NCBI GenBank assembly: GCA_015655445.1 | Contig: JAATFA010000108.1 | Coordinates: forward strand, 26,410 to 90,409 | Direction: 5' to 3' | Source of the DNA: Actinomycetales bacterium | Lineage (GTDB): Bacteria > Actinomycetota > Actinomycetes > Actinomycetales > Microbacteriaceae | DNA length: 64,000 nt | Shown here: positions 9,297 through 19,007 of the stretch, in pieces | Numbering within the stretch: the first letter of the stretch is position 1 | Layout: each line of letters starts with the position of its first letter | The notes under the pieces: generated by a model | Told to the model about the DNA's origin: nothing | The model's input: only the letters and a program-made list of their open reading frames with translations | Databases searched by the model: none | Position numbers and translations under genes: made by a program

Positions 9297-10316
9297 ATGG
9301 ATCTCGGTGGCGGCGCGGGCGTGATGCTCGCGCTCGCCGCTGCCCTCTGGCTCGCCTACCTCCTGCCGGTGTGGTTCCGCCGCCGCGAGTATCTCGCGAC
9401 CGAGCGGAACGCGGTGCGGCTGCAGCAGACGCTGCGGATCATGGCGCACAGCGCGGAGCTCCCGCAGGAGGTGTGGATCGAGGCGGACGCGCGCGCGATC
9501 GCCGAGCGCCAGCGCGCGCTGCGGATCGAGGCGAAGCGGGCGGAGGCGGCGATGCGTGCCCGCAGCGCCGCGGAGGCGCGCGCCGCGATGCGTCGGCTCG
9601 CCGACTCCGCGCCGAGCCTCGCCGCCGCCGTCACGGACACCCGCCGCGCGATGCGCCGTCTGCGCCGCACGCGCGCGGTCACGACGCTCGTGCTCCTCGC
9701 CGCGGCCGTCACGGCCGGCGTACAGCTCGGGATGATGGCGACGCTCGGCGTCGCCTCGGGGGCGTGGCTCGTGCTCGCCGTCTGCGGCTTCGTGGGGGTC
9801 TCGTCGATCGCCCTGCTCGGGCGTCTCGCGGGCGTGAGCCGCGCGCGCCGTGCGGCGGCGCGATCGACGGCGCCGTTGCCGGTATCCGAGGTCGTCCGCC
9901 CGTCGTCGCCCGCGCCGCCGGTCGAGCGCGCGGAGCGCACGTGGACGCCCGTGCCGCTCCCCAAGCCGCTCTACCTCGGTCGTGCCGTCATGCCGCCGCC
10001 CGTCATGGCGGATCCCAGCGAGTCCGTCCGCGTTCCCGCCGTCGCGGCGACGGCGCGCGTGCCGCGGCCGGCTCCCGTCGCGGCCCCCGCGGCTCCCGGG
10101 CGCGAGGACGTCCCGGCCGCCGCGAGCGTCCCTGCGGCGGGCGCACTCGCTGCGGCCTCCGCCGCGGCGGGCGCGACCGGCCCCGCGCGCCGGGAGCACG
10201 AGCCGGCTCCCGTCGTGGAGCTCAGCCGATGGGCCGCGATGGGCCGCGTCTCCGTGCCGGGCGGATCGACCCCCGACATCGACGCGGTCCTCCGCCGCCG
10301 TCGCACCGCGGGTTGA
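9297..10316 (+). CDS. Membrane protein, probable GlpR/SepX-type divisome-associated family
   Basis: N-terminal TM (LWLAYLLPVW), coiled region, two further TMs, WTPVPLPKPLY motif. Position between the rimJ-like gene and tRNA-Ala matches the actinobacterial galU-(glp)-rimJ-glpR-tRNA order. Confidence 0.65.
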   Translation: MDLGGGAGVMLALAAALWLAYLLPVWFRRREYLATERNAVRLQQTLRIMAHSAELPQEVWIEADARAIAERQRALRIEAKRAEAAMRARSAAEARAAMRRLADSAPSLAAAVTDTRRAMRRLRRTRAVTTLVLLAAAVTAGVQLGMMATLGVASGAWLVLAVCGFVGVSSIALLGRLAGVSRARRAAARSTAPLPVSEVVRPSSPAPPVERAERTWTPVPLPKPLYLGRAVMPPPVMADPSESVRVPAVAATARVPRPAPVAAPAAPGREDVPAAASVPAAGALAAASAAAGATGPARREHEPAPVVELSRWAAMGRVSVPGGSTPDIDAVLRRRRTAG

Positions 10317-10374
10317 GCCGACGCGGGCGTGCGAGCGGACGACCCCAGCCGTGATAACGTAACTACCCGTACTC

Positions 10375-10447
10375 GGGCCCATGGCGCAGTTGGTAGCGCG
10401 TCTCGTTCGCAATGAGAAGGTCGGGGGTTCGAATCCCCCTGGGTCCA
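10375..10447 (+). tRNA. tRNA-Ala (anticodon CGC)
   Basis: GGGCCCA...TGGGTCC-A acceptor stem with G3:U70; anticodon arm TCTCG-TTCGCAA-TGAGA; GGTTCGAATCC T-arm; CCA not encoded. Confidence 0.97.
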
Positions 10448-10785
10448 CAATTTCAGACAGAGTCGATCCCTTGACATGGGTGTTCTGGCTTGTTGTGACG
10501 GCGAAGGGCTCCGCGAGGCGGAGGGTTGCTTCCTCATCTTCGGTGATGTCGATGCCGGTGGTGAAGGTCTGGTTCGCGAGGCGCTTCCCCTGGGCGTCGG
10601 TGGTCTGGTAGAGGCGTTGGCAGTCGATCAGCATGCGTAGCCCCTTCGCGATGTGCTGGCGCGGTCCTTGATCTTGGTCGTGTTCGTTCTCGATGCAACG
10701 GTCGATGTCGGCCAAGCCCGTTCTGGTGCGGTGCTGATGGCGTTTCAGCGTTGTCGGTAGGTCGATGCGTCGGCGTCGTCATGGC
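10448..10785 (-). pseudogene. C-terminal remnant of a large serine recombinase pointing into tRNA-Ala
   Basis: Reads (HDDADA, frameshift) IDLPTTLKRHQHRTRTGLADIDR...LIDCQRLY...KRLANQTFTTGIDITEDEE...LAEPF and runs into the antisense tRNA (VDPGGFEPPT). It resembles C-termini of tRNA-targeting serine integrases. Lower GC; no catalytic N-terminus. Confidence 0.6.
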
Positions 10786-10852
10786 TCGCACTCCGGCGCG
10801 GGGCACAGACGCTCGTTTGAACATGTTGATCGAGCGTGGGAGGGTTCCTGCC

Positions 10853-10965
10853 GTGGCGATTCCTGATTACCAGTCGTTGATGAAGCCGGTGCTCGAGGTG
10901 CTGACCGCGGGAGACGATCACATCAGGCATGAGCCTGATTGCAAACCGCGTCCGCTGGTCCGTGG
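10853..10965 (+). pseudogene. Mrr restriction protein N-terminal fragment
   Basis: GTG-AIPDYQSLMKPVLEVL (Mrr_N start) behind GGAGG; in another frame SLIANRVRWS, similar to Mrr NRVGWA. The rest is missing. Confidence 0.6.
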
Positions 10966-10977
10966 ACGGCGTGGTGA

Positions 10978-11095
10978 TTGTGCTCGGAGGCGGGGATCAC
11001 CTCGGCGGCGCAGCGTCGACGCCGATCGAAGAACAAGAGGCGGGGCCCGCCGGTGTTCGACGACTTCGTCAAGCGGGTGTTCACCGCCGACAGAG
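10978..11095 (+). pseudogene. IS3-family transposase internal fragment
   Basis: CSEAGITSAAQRRRRSKNKRRGPPVFDDFVKRVFTAD matches the linker before the IS3 integrase core (GPPVHDDLV.R.FTA). Confidence 0.6.
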
Positions 11096-11401
11096 GATGC
11101 TCGGGTCGCCGGTCAGTTGCGGGTCGAGCGGGACGCCGGATCTGCGCACGCCGGCGGGGAGAGGACGGCCGTCGACGAGGTGTTCCTGCGCGCCGGCGAG
11201 CTGCGTCAGGCCCTTCTCTCGCCCCGCGCTCCCGCCATGACGACGGCGGGCGCGGCGAAAGCCATCGTCGGCGCGGTCCGCCGGGCGCGCCGACAGCGTC
11301 GGGACTGACCCTCGGGGTGCGCAGCCGGACGTCTGGCCGCCGATTGGGGAGGCCGATCGCTCGGTCGCGGACGCGTTCCCGTGCGGCGTCGCACGGTGTG
11401 C

Positions 11402-12418
11402 TCAGTCGAAGACGACGGTGACCTTGTCGGCTGCGCCCGGCGTCTGCGCGAGCGCGAGCGCGTCGAGGGCGTCGTCGAAGGGGACCCGGTGGCTGATGAT
11501 CTTCTGGTACTTGTCCCAGTGCTCGACGATGTCGTCGGTGACCTCGAAGATCTCGGTGGGATAGCCCATCGACCACACGATCGTGAGCTCGGTCATCAGG
11601 ATGGAGCCGAAGTCGAGCTCGACGGGCTTCTTGTGGACGGCGACGATGCCGAGCGTCGCGCCCTGCCGCGCGATCCGCGACACCGTCTGCGGCACGATCG
11701 GGACGCCGGCGGCGTCGAGGTAGACGTCGGTGCCGGGGGGGTCGCCGGGCACGATGGGCGAGGGCGCGTTGCCGTGGAGCTCGACGAGGCGCGCCGCGAC
11801 GTCTTCGCTCGCCGAGTTGATGACCGCGTCCGCGCCGATCTCGAGCGCCTTGTCGAGGCGGCTCTGCACGACGTCGATGACGACGATGTGCGACGCGCCC
11901 TTGCGTCGGTAGCCCAGCAGCGCACCGAGGCCGATCGGTCCGGCTCCGAAGACGGCGACCTTCGCGCCGGGCGCGGGATTCGTGCGGTTCACCGCGTGGA
12001 AGGCGACGGCCATCGGCTCGTTGAGCGCGGCGGCATCCCACGGCACGTCGGTGGGGATGGCCTTGAGCTGCACGCCGGGCTTCGCGTCATGGACGACGAC
12101 GAAGGGCGTGAGCGCGCCTTGCGCGCCGCCGGAGCCGAGCAGACCGTCGGTGAACCTCATGGTGTCGACCACCACGTGGTCGCCGACCGCGAAGCCCGTC
12201 GTCTCGGCGCCGATCTGCACGATCTCCGCCGCGGGCTCGTGACCGAGATGCGTCGCGCCCTCATGCGGGGGGATGCCTCCGGCGTGCGCGTACATGGCAT
12301 CCGAACCGCAGATGCCGCACGCCTTGATCTTGAGCAGCACGTCGGTGGGACCGACCTCCGGCTCGGGGACCTCGACCCATTCCACCCTGTCCCGGCCGGT
12401 GACGGTGACCGACTTCAT
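11402..12418 (-). CDS. Zinc-binding (MDR) dehydrogenase
   Basis: CGICGSD, GHE, EPMAVAFHA, FGAGPIG. ATG at 12418 after AAGGAG. Confidence 0.92.
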   Translation of the reverse strand: MKSVTVTGRDRVEWVEVPEPEVGPTDVLLKIKACGICGSDAMYAHAGGIPPHEGATHLGHEPAAEIVQIGAETTGFAVGDHVVVDTMRFTDGLLGSGGAQGALTPFVVVHDAKPGVQLKAIPTDVPWDAAALNEPMAVAFHAVNRTNPAPGAKVAVFGAGPIGLGALLGYRRKGASHIVVIDVVQSRLDKALEIGADAVINSASEDVAARLVELHGNAPSPIVPGDPPGTDVYLDAAGVPIVPQTVSRIARQGATLGIVAVHKKPVELDFGSILMTELTIVWSMGYPTEIFEVTDDIVEHWDKYQKIISHRVPFDDALDALALAQTPGAADKVTVVFD

Positions 12419-12446
12419 GATCCGCTCCTTCGCGCGCGATGACGGG

Positions 12447-12457
12447 GATAACTTATC
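12447..12457. promoter_or_regulatory. Candidate TetR operator GATAACTTATC
   Basis: AT-rich palindrome in the divergent intergenic gap. Confidence 0.4.
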
Positions 12458-12498
12458 ACTGTTCACAAATAGGAGGACGGGCAGGGGATGATGGATCC

Positions 12499-13092
12499 AT
12501 GACCCCGCGTCGCCCCGGACGACCGCGCGAGACCTCGCACGACGAGATCCGCGACGTCGCCCGCCGGCTCTTCGCCGAGCAGGGATACGCTGCGACCTCG
12601 CTGCGTCAGATCGCCGCCGCGGTCGGCATCAGCCGAACCGCCCTATTCCACTACTTCCCGGCCAAGCGGGACCTCATGTGGGAGGAGTACGACGCCGGTG
12701 TCGTGCGGATGCGGGCCGTGCTCGACGAGAGCATTGGCCGGCCGCTCGTGGACCGCCTCGCCGAAGCCCTCATCGTGCTCAACGACTACCGCCCGGACGA
12801 GCACGACGCGGTCGCGGTCCGCTGGCGCCTCGCACGCGAGGACGATGAGCTGCGCGCCTACACCGCCCTGCGCGTCGAGGAGCTCGTCCGCATCCTCGTC
12901 GACGTGGCGACGCGCGTCGTGCCGGAGATCGATCCGCAGCTCGTCGACCACGTCGCCAGGGCGCTCGTCGCCGTCGCCGCGCGTTGCACCGACGAGTGGA
13001 TGGAGCTGGCCGCCCCGTGCGAGGGCCTCGGCGCGTACACCAAGTCCCGACTCGCTCCCTTCGTCGAGGCGCTGCGGCCGATGCTGGCGTGA
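12499..13092 (+). CDS. TetR family regulator
   Basis: GRPR...LFAEQGYAATSLRQIAAAVGISRTALFHYFPAK. Confidence 0.93.
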   Translation: MTPRRPGRPRETSHDEIRDVARRLFAEQGYAATSLRQIAAAVGISRTALFHYFPAKRDLMWEEYDAGVVRMRAVLDESIGRPLVDRLAEALIVLNDYRPDEHDAVAVRWRLAREDDELRAYTALRVEELVRILVDVATRVVPEIDPQLVDHVARALVAVAARCTDEWMELAAPCEGLGAYTKSRLAPFVEALRPMLA

Positions 13093-13249
13093 GCCGCAGG
13101 GCTGGGATCGCTCGCTCTCGTCGCGGCGGCGCGTCGTCGGTCGCTCGGCGAGGTTGCAGAGCTTCTGCACCGCGAGGACGGGAGGGCTCGCCAGTGCCGC
13201 GGTGAGATACGCGGCGCGAGCCGCGTCGCCCGAGGCTGCGTGCCGTGAC

Positions 13250-14155
13250 TCACATGCCGCCCATGCCGGAGCTCGCGAGTCCGCTGATGAAGCGGCGCTG
13301 CAGGATGAGGAACAGGATCAGCATGGGGGCGATCATGATGAACCCGGCGGCGCTGATGAGCGGGTAGTTCTGCGTGAATCCCTGCTGGAACGAGAAGAAG
13401 GTCGTCGAGAGCGGCATCTTGCCGGAGGTCTGGATCATCGTGACGGCGAAGAGGAACTCGTTGTACGCCGACAGCGCCGTCGTGAGCGCGATGGTCAGGA
13501 TGCCCGGGAGCATGTTCGGCAGGACCACCTGGCTGAAGACGCGCCACTCGTTGGCCCCGTCGACGCGGGCGGCCTCCTCCATCTCGCGAGGGAGCCCGAT
13601 CATGAAGGAGCGCAGGAGCAGCGTGGCGAAGGGGGAGAAGAGCCCCGTGTAGATGAGAACCAGTCCGAGGCGGGAGTCGTAGAGCCCCGCGCGCGCCCAC
13701 ATGTAGAAGAGCGGGACGAGGAACATCTGCGTCGGCAGCGAGCTCGCGATGAGCAGGTAGGTCATGAAGCCGGAGCTGCCGCGGATCTCGAGCCTCGCCA
13801 TGGCATAGGCGGCGAGGCTCGCGACGACGCACGTGAGCGCGACGGTGCCGAGCACGATGAGCGTGGAGTTGAGCAGGCCCGCGCCCATGTTCGCCTGTGT
13901 CCAGGCGGTGGCGAAGTTGCTCCACAGCCACGTGCGCGGCAGCCCGAGCGAGCTCGTCGCGTAGTCGCTCGTGGACTTGAGCGCGTTGAAGAAGAACAGG
14001 ACGATCGGCCCGACCGCGAAGATCGCGAGGAGCGTGAGGATCACGTAGACGACGGTCCCGCCCGCGGACGGGTGGCGTCGTGCCCGTGCCGTGTCGGGAC
14101 GGGCGGTGCCGATGCTCTGCTGGAGCGGCGTGCGCGCCGGTGCAGCAACGCTCAT
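13250..14155 (-). CDS. Carbohydrate ABC permease (MalG-like)
   Basis: EEAARVDGA EAA loop; TM pattern; ATG at 14155 overlapping the upstream stop. Confidence 0.93.
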   Translation of the reverse strand: MSVAAPARTPLQQSIGTARPDTARARRHPSAGGTVVYVILTLLAIFAVGPIVLFFFNALKSTSDYATSSLGLPRTWLWSNFATAWTQANMGAGLLNSTLIVLGTVALTCVVASLAAYAMARLEIRGSSGFMTYLLIASSLPTQMFLVPLFYMWARAGLYDSRLGLVLIYTGLFSPFATLLLRSFMIGLPREMEEAARVDGANEWRVFSQVVLPNMLPGILTIALTTALSAYNEFLFAVTMIQTSGKMPLSTTFFSFQQGFTQNYPLISAAGFIMIAPMLILFLILQRRFISGLASSGMGGM

Positions 14156-15087
14156 ATCTCCCACTTCCTTACTCTGCGGACGACGAGGTAGACGGTGACG
14201 ACGAGGGTGCTGATGAGCGCCATGACGACGCCGATGGCGGAGGAGTATCCCGCCTGCAGGTTCGAGAAGGCATCGCGGTACAGCACCGTGGACAGGAGGT
14301 CGGTCGAGCCGGCCGGACCGCCCTGGGTGAGGATGTAGACGTAGTCGAAGGCGAGGAACGACCAGATGATCGTCATGAGCCCGAGGAACGCGAAGGTGGG
14401 CCGGATCCCCGGCAGCGTGATCGAGAAGAACTGCCGGAAGGGGCTCGCGCCGTCCATCTGCGCCGCCTCGTAGAGGGCCGGGTCGATGCCCTGCATGGCG
14501 GCGAGGAACACGACCACGAGGAACCCCCACCACGCCCAGTTGTTGACGAACGCGACGGACCAGAGCGCGAGGTGTGTGTCGCCGAGCGGGTTGATATGGA
14601 GAAGGCTCCCGACACCGGAGTCCGGGTCGAGGATGCTGCGCCAGATGGAGGCGTTCACGACGCTCGCGACGATGTAGGGGATGAAGTACAGCGTGCGGAA
14701 GAGCAGCCGGAACCTCCGGATCCGGGAGAGCGCGAAGGCGCCGAAGAGCCCCATCGCCATCGGCACGATGAGGAAGAAGACCGTCCACAGGATGTTGTGG
14801 AGCAGTCCCTGCACGAACTCGGGGTCGCGGAAGAGGGTCGTGTAGTTCTGCAGCCCGACGAACCGCGCCCTCGTGCTGATGCCGCTCCAGTCCGTGAAGG
14901 AGTAGACGATCGACAGCACGCTCGGGATGAGCACGACGAACAGGTTGACGATCACGAGCGGCAGCATGAAGACCCAGCCCATGGTCCGTCGGTCCCGGAG
15001 GCGGGAGGCGAGCCTGTCGCGCGGGGGCCGAGCCGCGAGGGATCGGCCGGCCGGCGCGGGACGCCGCGAGGAGAGCGCCGCGCTCAC
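14152..15087 (-). CDS. Carbohydrate ABC permease (MalF-like)
   Basis: SFTDW, FVGLQNY, LYEAAQMDGA, TQGGP. Confidence 0.93.
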   Translation of the reverse strand: MSAALSSRRPAPAGRSLAARPPRDRLASRLRDRRTMGWVFMLPLVIVNLFVVLIPSVLSIVYSFTDWSGISTRARFVGLQNYTTLFRDPEFVQGLLHNILWTVFFLIVPMAMGLFGAFALSRIRRFRLLFRTLYFIPYIVASVVNASIWRSILDPDSGVGSLLHINPLGDTHLALWSVAFVNNWAWWGFLVVVFLAAMQGIDPALYEAAQMDGASPFRQFFSITLPGIRPTFAFLGLMTIIWSFLAFDYVYILTQGGPAGSTDLLSTVLYRDAFSNLQAGYSSAIGVVMALISTLVVTVYLVVRRVRKWEI

Positions 15088-16460
15088 GCGAGGCCTCCCG
15101 CGGGGTTGGGAGCCGTCGGCACGCGTCCCTCGGCCCTCTCGGTGGAGAACCGGGTCTGGATGCCCTGGCAGTACTCCTTCGCCGTCATCTGGCCCGTGAT
15201 GACGTTCTCGAAGTAGTCGATCATGTAGGTCTCCGTCTGCTGCGGGTAGAAGGTCCAGGTGGTGTAGCCGATCGAGGTCGCCGCGGAGAGCGACGAGTAC
15301 AGGCGCACGATGCGCGGGTCCGCCTTCGCGGAGAAGTCGGAGGCCGTCAGGTGGATGGGCGGCGGCTCGAAGCTCATCTGCTCGACGCTCGCGATGATGT
15401 TCGCGGTGTCGGTCGTCAGGTAGTTGAGGTAGTCGGCGGCGGCCGCCTCGTCGGGGAAGTTGGTGTTCACGCCCGCGGACTGCCCGATGGCGAGGTCCCA
15501 GATCACCGTCGGCACGCCGTCGCGCAGCGACGGGACCGCCGTGTAGTCCCACGTCTGGTCGTTGCCGGCGGCCTTGCCGAAGTACGGGGCGAGGTTGGAG
15601 AACTCCCACGTCCCGGAGAGCATGAGCGGTGCGTCGCCGTTCGCGAGCTGCCGATAGACGGTCGGGAAGCTGTTGGTGAAGTAGCGGTCGACGCTGCCGC
15701 CGAACCATCCCTTGGTGAAGTACGACGCGAGCCGCTCGATCGCGTCGACGAACACGGGGTCCGTCCACTTGGTCTCGCCCCTCAGTGCGGAGTACACCGC
15801 GTCGGGGCCCGCGCCGTGGTTGAGCCCGACGCCGACGAACCACTCGTTCGCGCCGCGGTAGTCGGCGTTGCCCGCGGCGATCGGGATCGTTCCCTTCCCC
15901 TTCGCCTCGGCGCAGAAGTCCTCAAACTCCTCACGCGTGCTCGGCGCCGTGAGCCCGAGACGTTGCAGTGTCTCCGGGTTGAAGTAGAGGACCATGGTCT
16001 CGTACGACGTGGGCAGCGTGACGAGCTTGTCGTCGACTCTGGAGGCGGCGAGCGCCCACGGCGCGAACGTCTTCGCCCAGCCGTACCTGTCGGCATACCT
16101 GTCGAGATCGGCGAGGTAGCCGGCGGAGTAGTACGCCTCCACGAAGCTCGACGGGCCCGGGGTGACGATGATCGTCGGTCCGGCCCCGGCCGCGAGCGAG
16201 GTCTGGATGAGCCGGTCGATCGTGTTCGAGGCCTTCGGGGTGAACTCGGCGGGGTACTTGCCTTTGTAGCTGCGGACGAAGTGCCGATCGAAGTACTTGT
16301 TCTGCTGGTCGTCCGCGAGGTTGTTCCAGATGGTGATGGCCCTGCCGCCTCCGGCGGCGGAGCCGGCCGGCGTGCAGGCGCTGAGAAACGACGCCGCGGC
16401 CAGGGCTCCGCCACCGGCGAGCAGCTGCCGTCGGGTGATGCTGGGCATTCTCATCTCCAT
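15084..16460 (-). CDS. Carbohydrate ABC substrate-binding lipoprotein (Tat signal)
   Basis: TRRQLL twin-Arg signal, LSAC lipobox, family-1 SBP motifs (LYFN...LGL.AP.T.EEF). Confidence 0.92.
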   Translation of the reverse strand: MEMRMPSITRRQLLAGGGALAAASFLSACTPAGSAAGGGRAITIWNNLADDQQNKYFDRHFVRSYKGKYPAEFTPKASNTIDRLIQTSLAAGAGPTIIVTPGPSSFVEAYYSAGYLADLDRYADRYGWAKTFAPWALAASRVDDKLVTLPTSYETMVLYFNPETLQRLGLTAPSTREEFEDFCAEAKGKGTIPIAAGNADYRGANEWFVGVGLNHGAGPDAVYSALRGETKWTDPVFVDAIERLASYFTKGWFGGSVDRYFTNSFPTVYRQLANGDAPLMLSGTWEFSNLAPYFGKAAGNDQTWDYTAVPSLRDGVPTVIWDLAIGQSAGVNTNFPDEAAAADYLNYLTTDTANIIASVEQMSFEPPPIHLTASDFSAKADPRIVRLYSSLSAATSIGYTTWTFYPQQTETYMIDYFENVITGQMTAKEYCQGIQTRFSTERAEGRVPTAPNPAGGLA

Positions 16461-16501
16461 TGATTGAGTGATCCGGGTGGGTTCCGCCTATCGGGCTCTC
16501 G

Positions 16502-17863
16502 TCACCGCCGAGCCGCGCCGAGAGCGACCGTCCGCTCCGCGAGGTCGGAGATGACGGAGTTGTCGAATCCGAACAGCGCAGACCGGGTCCGGTCGCGCAG
16601 CGGCTCGATGAGGTGGGCGGGGAGGCTCGCCGTGCCGGCGAGGACCCCCGCCACGGATCCGACGGTCGCGCCGTTCGAGTCGGTGTCCCAGCCCGTCATG
16701 ACGACCTTGCCGACGGCGGAGGTGTAGTCGTCGTCGGACCACAGGAGCGCGACGGCGACGGCTGCCGCGTTGTTGATCGTGTGGACCCAGGAGTAGTGGC
16801 CGTATGCCTCGTGGATCCGCTCGACGGCCTGCTCCCAGCTGAGGCCGTCGGCGCGAAGCGTCTGGGCGTGGCGTACGGCCTCGTAGAGGCGCGATCCCGT
16901 CGGCACCACGGCGAGCGACGTCTCGATCGCCTCCGCCGCGTTCGAGGCGGCGAAGGCGGCCGCCACGAGGGCTGCGGCCCACATCTCGCCGTACACGCCG
17001 TTGCCGGTGTGCGAGAAGGTCGCGTCCTGGTACGCGAGCTCTGCGGCCGCCCACGGGTCGCCGGGGTTGACGTAGCCGAAGACGTCGCCGCGGATCTGCG
17101 CGCCGATCCACTCCCGATAGGGGTTGCGGTGGCTCGCGGTCTGCGGAACGGCGACCCCGTTGACCACATTGAGGTACGCGGCGCGCTCCGCGGTGTACAC
17201 CTGCAGGAGCGGGAACAGCGAGATCCACGCGTCTCCGATGTGCTCGGGCTTGAGGCCGCGGCCGTGCGTCTCGAGCAGGTGCAGGGCGAGGATCGGGTAG
17301 TCGATGTCGTCGTCGCGGGCGGAGCCGTCGACGTTGCCGCGCGTCGTCTCGGGCCAGTTGTCGCGCAGCTCGAACCCCTCCGGCATCGGGTCGAGAACGG
17401 GGATGTAGTCGGTCAGGGGGTATGCGTTCGCGCGCTCGAGGTAGTCGCGGATGCGCGCGACCGTCCAGTGCGACCCCTGCTCGATCGGCTTGCCCAGGTT
17501 GCAGCCCGCGATGCGTCCTAGCCACGCGGCGTGGACCTTGTCCCGGTAGTCGGCGGGGTCGACCGCGCGCGGAGCGGCGGCGGCAGCGGCCGCGCGGATC
17601 TCCGCGAGCCCCTCGGGCTCCTCGTACCTCCACCCGGGCAGGCGCTCGGCCTCGGCGAGGCCGTCGACGAGGGCGAGCACCGCCTCCCGATAGGCCGGGT
17701 CGGTCTCGTTCGCCGCTGCGATGACGTCGTCGACGTGGTAGCCGCTCTCGCGGCGCTGCGCGATCTCGTCGGCGAGCAGGTCGGCGGGGATCCGGGCGTC
17801 GTAGGTGCTGTGCCGGTACGCATCGGCGAGCTCGACGGCCGGGGAAGAGGTGGGGTCGGTCAC
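16502..17863 (-). CDS. ADP-ribosylglycohydrolase family protein
   Basis: WLGRIAGCNLGKPIE, DDDIDY, YTAER, NPYREWIGAQIRGD, GWDTDSNGATVGS. Confidence 0.9.
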   Translation of the reverse strand: MTDPTSSPAVELADAYRHSTYDARIPADLLADEIAQRRESGYHVDDVIAAANETDPAYREAVLALVDGLAEAERLPGWRYEEPEGLAEIRAAAAAAAPRAVDPADYRDKVHAAWLGRIAGCNLGKPIEQGSHWTVARIRDYLERANAYPLTDYIPVLDPMPEGFELRDNWPETTRGNVDGSARDDDIDYPILALHLLETHGRGLKPEHIGDAWISLFPLLQVYTAERAAYLNVVNGVAVPQTASHRNPYREWIGAQIRGDVFGYVNPGDPWAAAELAYQDATFSHTGNGVYGEMWAAALVAAAFAASNAAEAIETSLAVVPTGSRLYEAVRHAQTLRADGLSWEQAVERIHEAYGHYSWVHTINNAAAVAVALLWSDDDYTSAVGKVVMTGWDTDSNGATVGSVAGVLAGTASLPAHLIEPLRDRTRSALFGFDNSVISDLAERTVALGAARR

Positions 17864-17930
17864 GTGTTCTTCGTGCCTTTCTCTGTGCTCTGCGTTCTGG
17901 TCTCTGGGTGTTCTCGGCCGGGCGACGAGG

Positions 17931-17948
17931 ATGCAAATCGATTTGCGT
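17931..17948. promoter_or_regulatory. LacI-family operator ATGCAAATCGATTTGCGT
   Basis: GCAAATCGATTTGC palindrome with central CG, upstream of the ARH-ABC genes; near-identical to 19008-19025. Confidence 0.8.
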
Positions 17949-17980
17949 CTGCCGAACGGCTGCGGTGGGGAGGGCTTGCG

Positions 17981-18985
17981 TCAGGCGGACTCGCGCCGGA
18001 CGAGTCGGGTCGGGAGCGAGACCCTCTGGTGCTCCATGGCGGGGTCCGCGATCCGGCGGAGGATGAGGTCCGCACAGGTGGCGCCGACGGCGGCCGCCGG
18101 GTTGAGGACCGTCGTGAGCGCGGGCGACATGAGCGAGGCCGTGTCGATGTCGTCGAAGCCCACCACGGCGAGCTCGCCCGGCACGGCGATCCCCAGGTCG
18201 CGCGCGGCCTGGACGACGCCGATCGCGATGAGGTCGTTGGCGCAGACGATGCCGCGGGGCCGATGCTCGAGGGCGAGCAGGCGCCGCGCCGCCGCGTAGC
18301 CGCCGTCGCGCGTGAACTCGCTGTCGACGATCCAGTCGGCCTGCACGCGGAGGCCCAGCTCGTCCACCGCGCTCGTGAAGGCGGCGTGGCGGCTCATGCT
18401 TGTCGAGGCGAGGGGATCGCCGACGAAGCCGAGGTCGTCGATGCCGTCCTCGTGGAGCGCGTGGACGGCCTCGTCGATGCCCTGCGCGTCGTCGGTGGTC
18501 ACCCGATCCACGGGGCCGGTCTCGTCCTCGTCGGCGACGACGACGACGGGGATGGCCGGACCCACGATCTCCCGGATCTCCCGGCCACTGAGCTCCATGG
18601 GGCGCATGATCACTCCGTCGACGCCGCGAGCGACCATCTCCTCGAGCATCGTCTGCTCGTTCTCGCGCACGCCGTCCGTGTTGCCGATGAGGGAGACGTA
18701 GCCCGCTTCGGCGAGGCTGTCGTGGACCGCGCGGGCGAGCGCGGGGTAGTAGGGGTTCGTGATGTCGGCGACGATGAGCGCGATCGACTGGGTCTTCCGA
18801 CGTCGCAGGCTGCGGGCGACCATGTTGGGCCGATACTTCTGGTCCTCGATCGCCTGGAGGATCCGCTCCCGGGTCTCGGGCGAGACCGCGCGCTTGCCGC
18901 TGAGCGCGTGCGAGACCGTGGTCGGGCTCACGCCGGCGGCGGCGGCCACCGAGGCGATGCTCGGCTGGCTGGACGTGCGCGTCAC
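17981..18985 (-). CDS. LacI family regulator
   Basis: SIASVAAAAGVSPTTVSHALSG, YRPN.VARSL, VVGFDD, PALTTV. GTG at 18985 after GAGGAG. Confidence 0.95.
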   Translation of the reverse strand: MTRTSSQPSIASVAAAAGVSPTTVSHALSGKRAVSPETRERILQAIEDQKYRPNMVARSLRRRKTQSIALIVADITNPYYPALARAVHDSLAEAGYVSLIGNTDGVRENEQTMLEEMVARGVDGVIMRPMELSGREIREIVGPAIPVVVVADEDETGPVDRVTTDDAQGIDEAVHALHEDGIDDLGFVGDPLASTSMSRHAAFTSAVDELGLRVQADWIVDSEFTRDGGYAAARRLLALEHRPRGIVCANDLIAIGVVQAARDLGIAVPGELAVVGFDDIDTASLMSPALTTVLNPAAAVGATCADLILRRIADPAMEHQRVSLPTRLVRRESA

Positions 18986-19007
18986 TGCGTCTCCTCGACC
19001 GGTCATC

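Noticed and set aside
10420-10450. attR duplicate of the tRNA 3' end defining an intact island
   Set aside because: No second copy was noticed in the window, and there is no intact integrase.
8673-10715. 680-aa minus-strand ORF
   Set aside because: It is antisense to the deaminase, membrane protein and tRNA; only the first ~90 codons (recombinase remnant) look meaningful.
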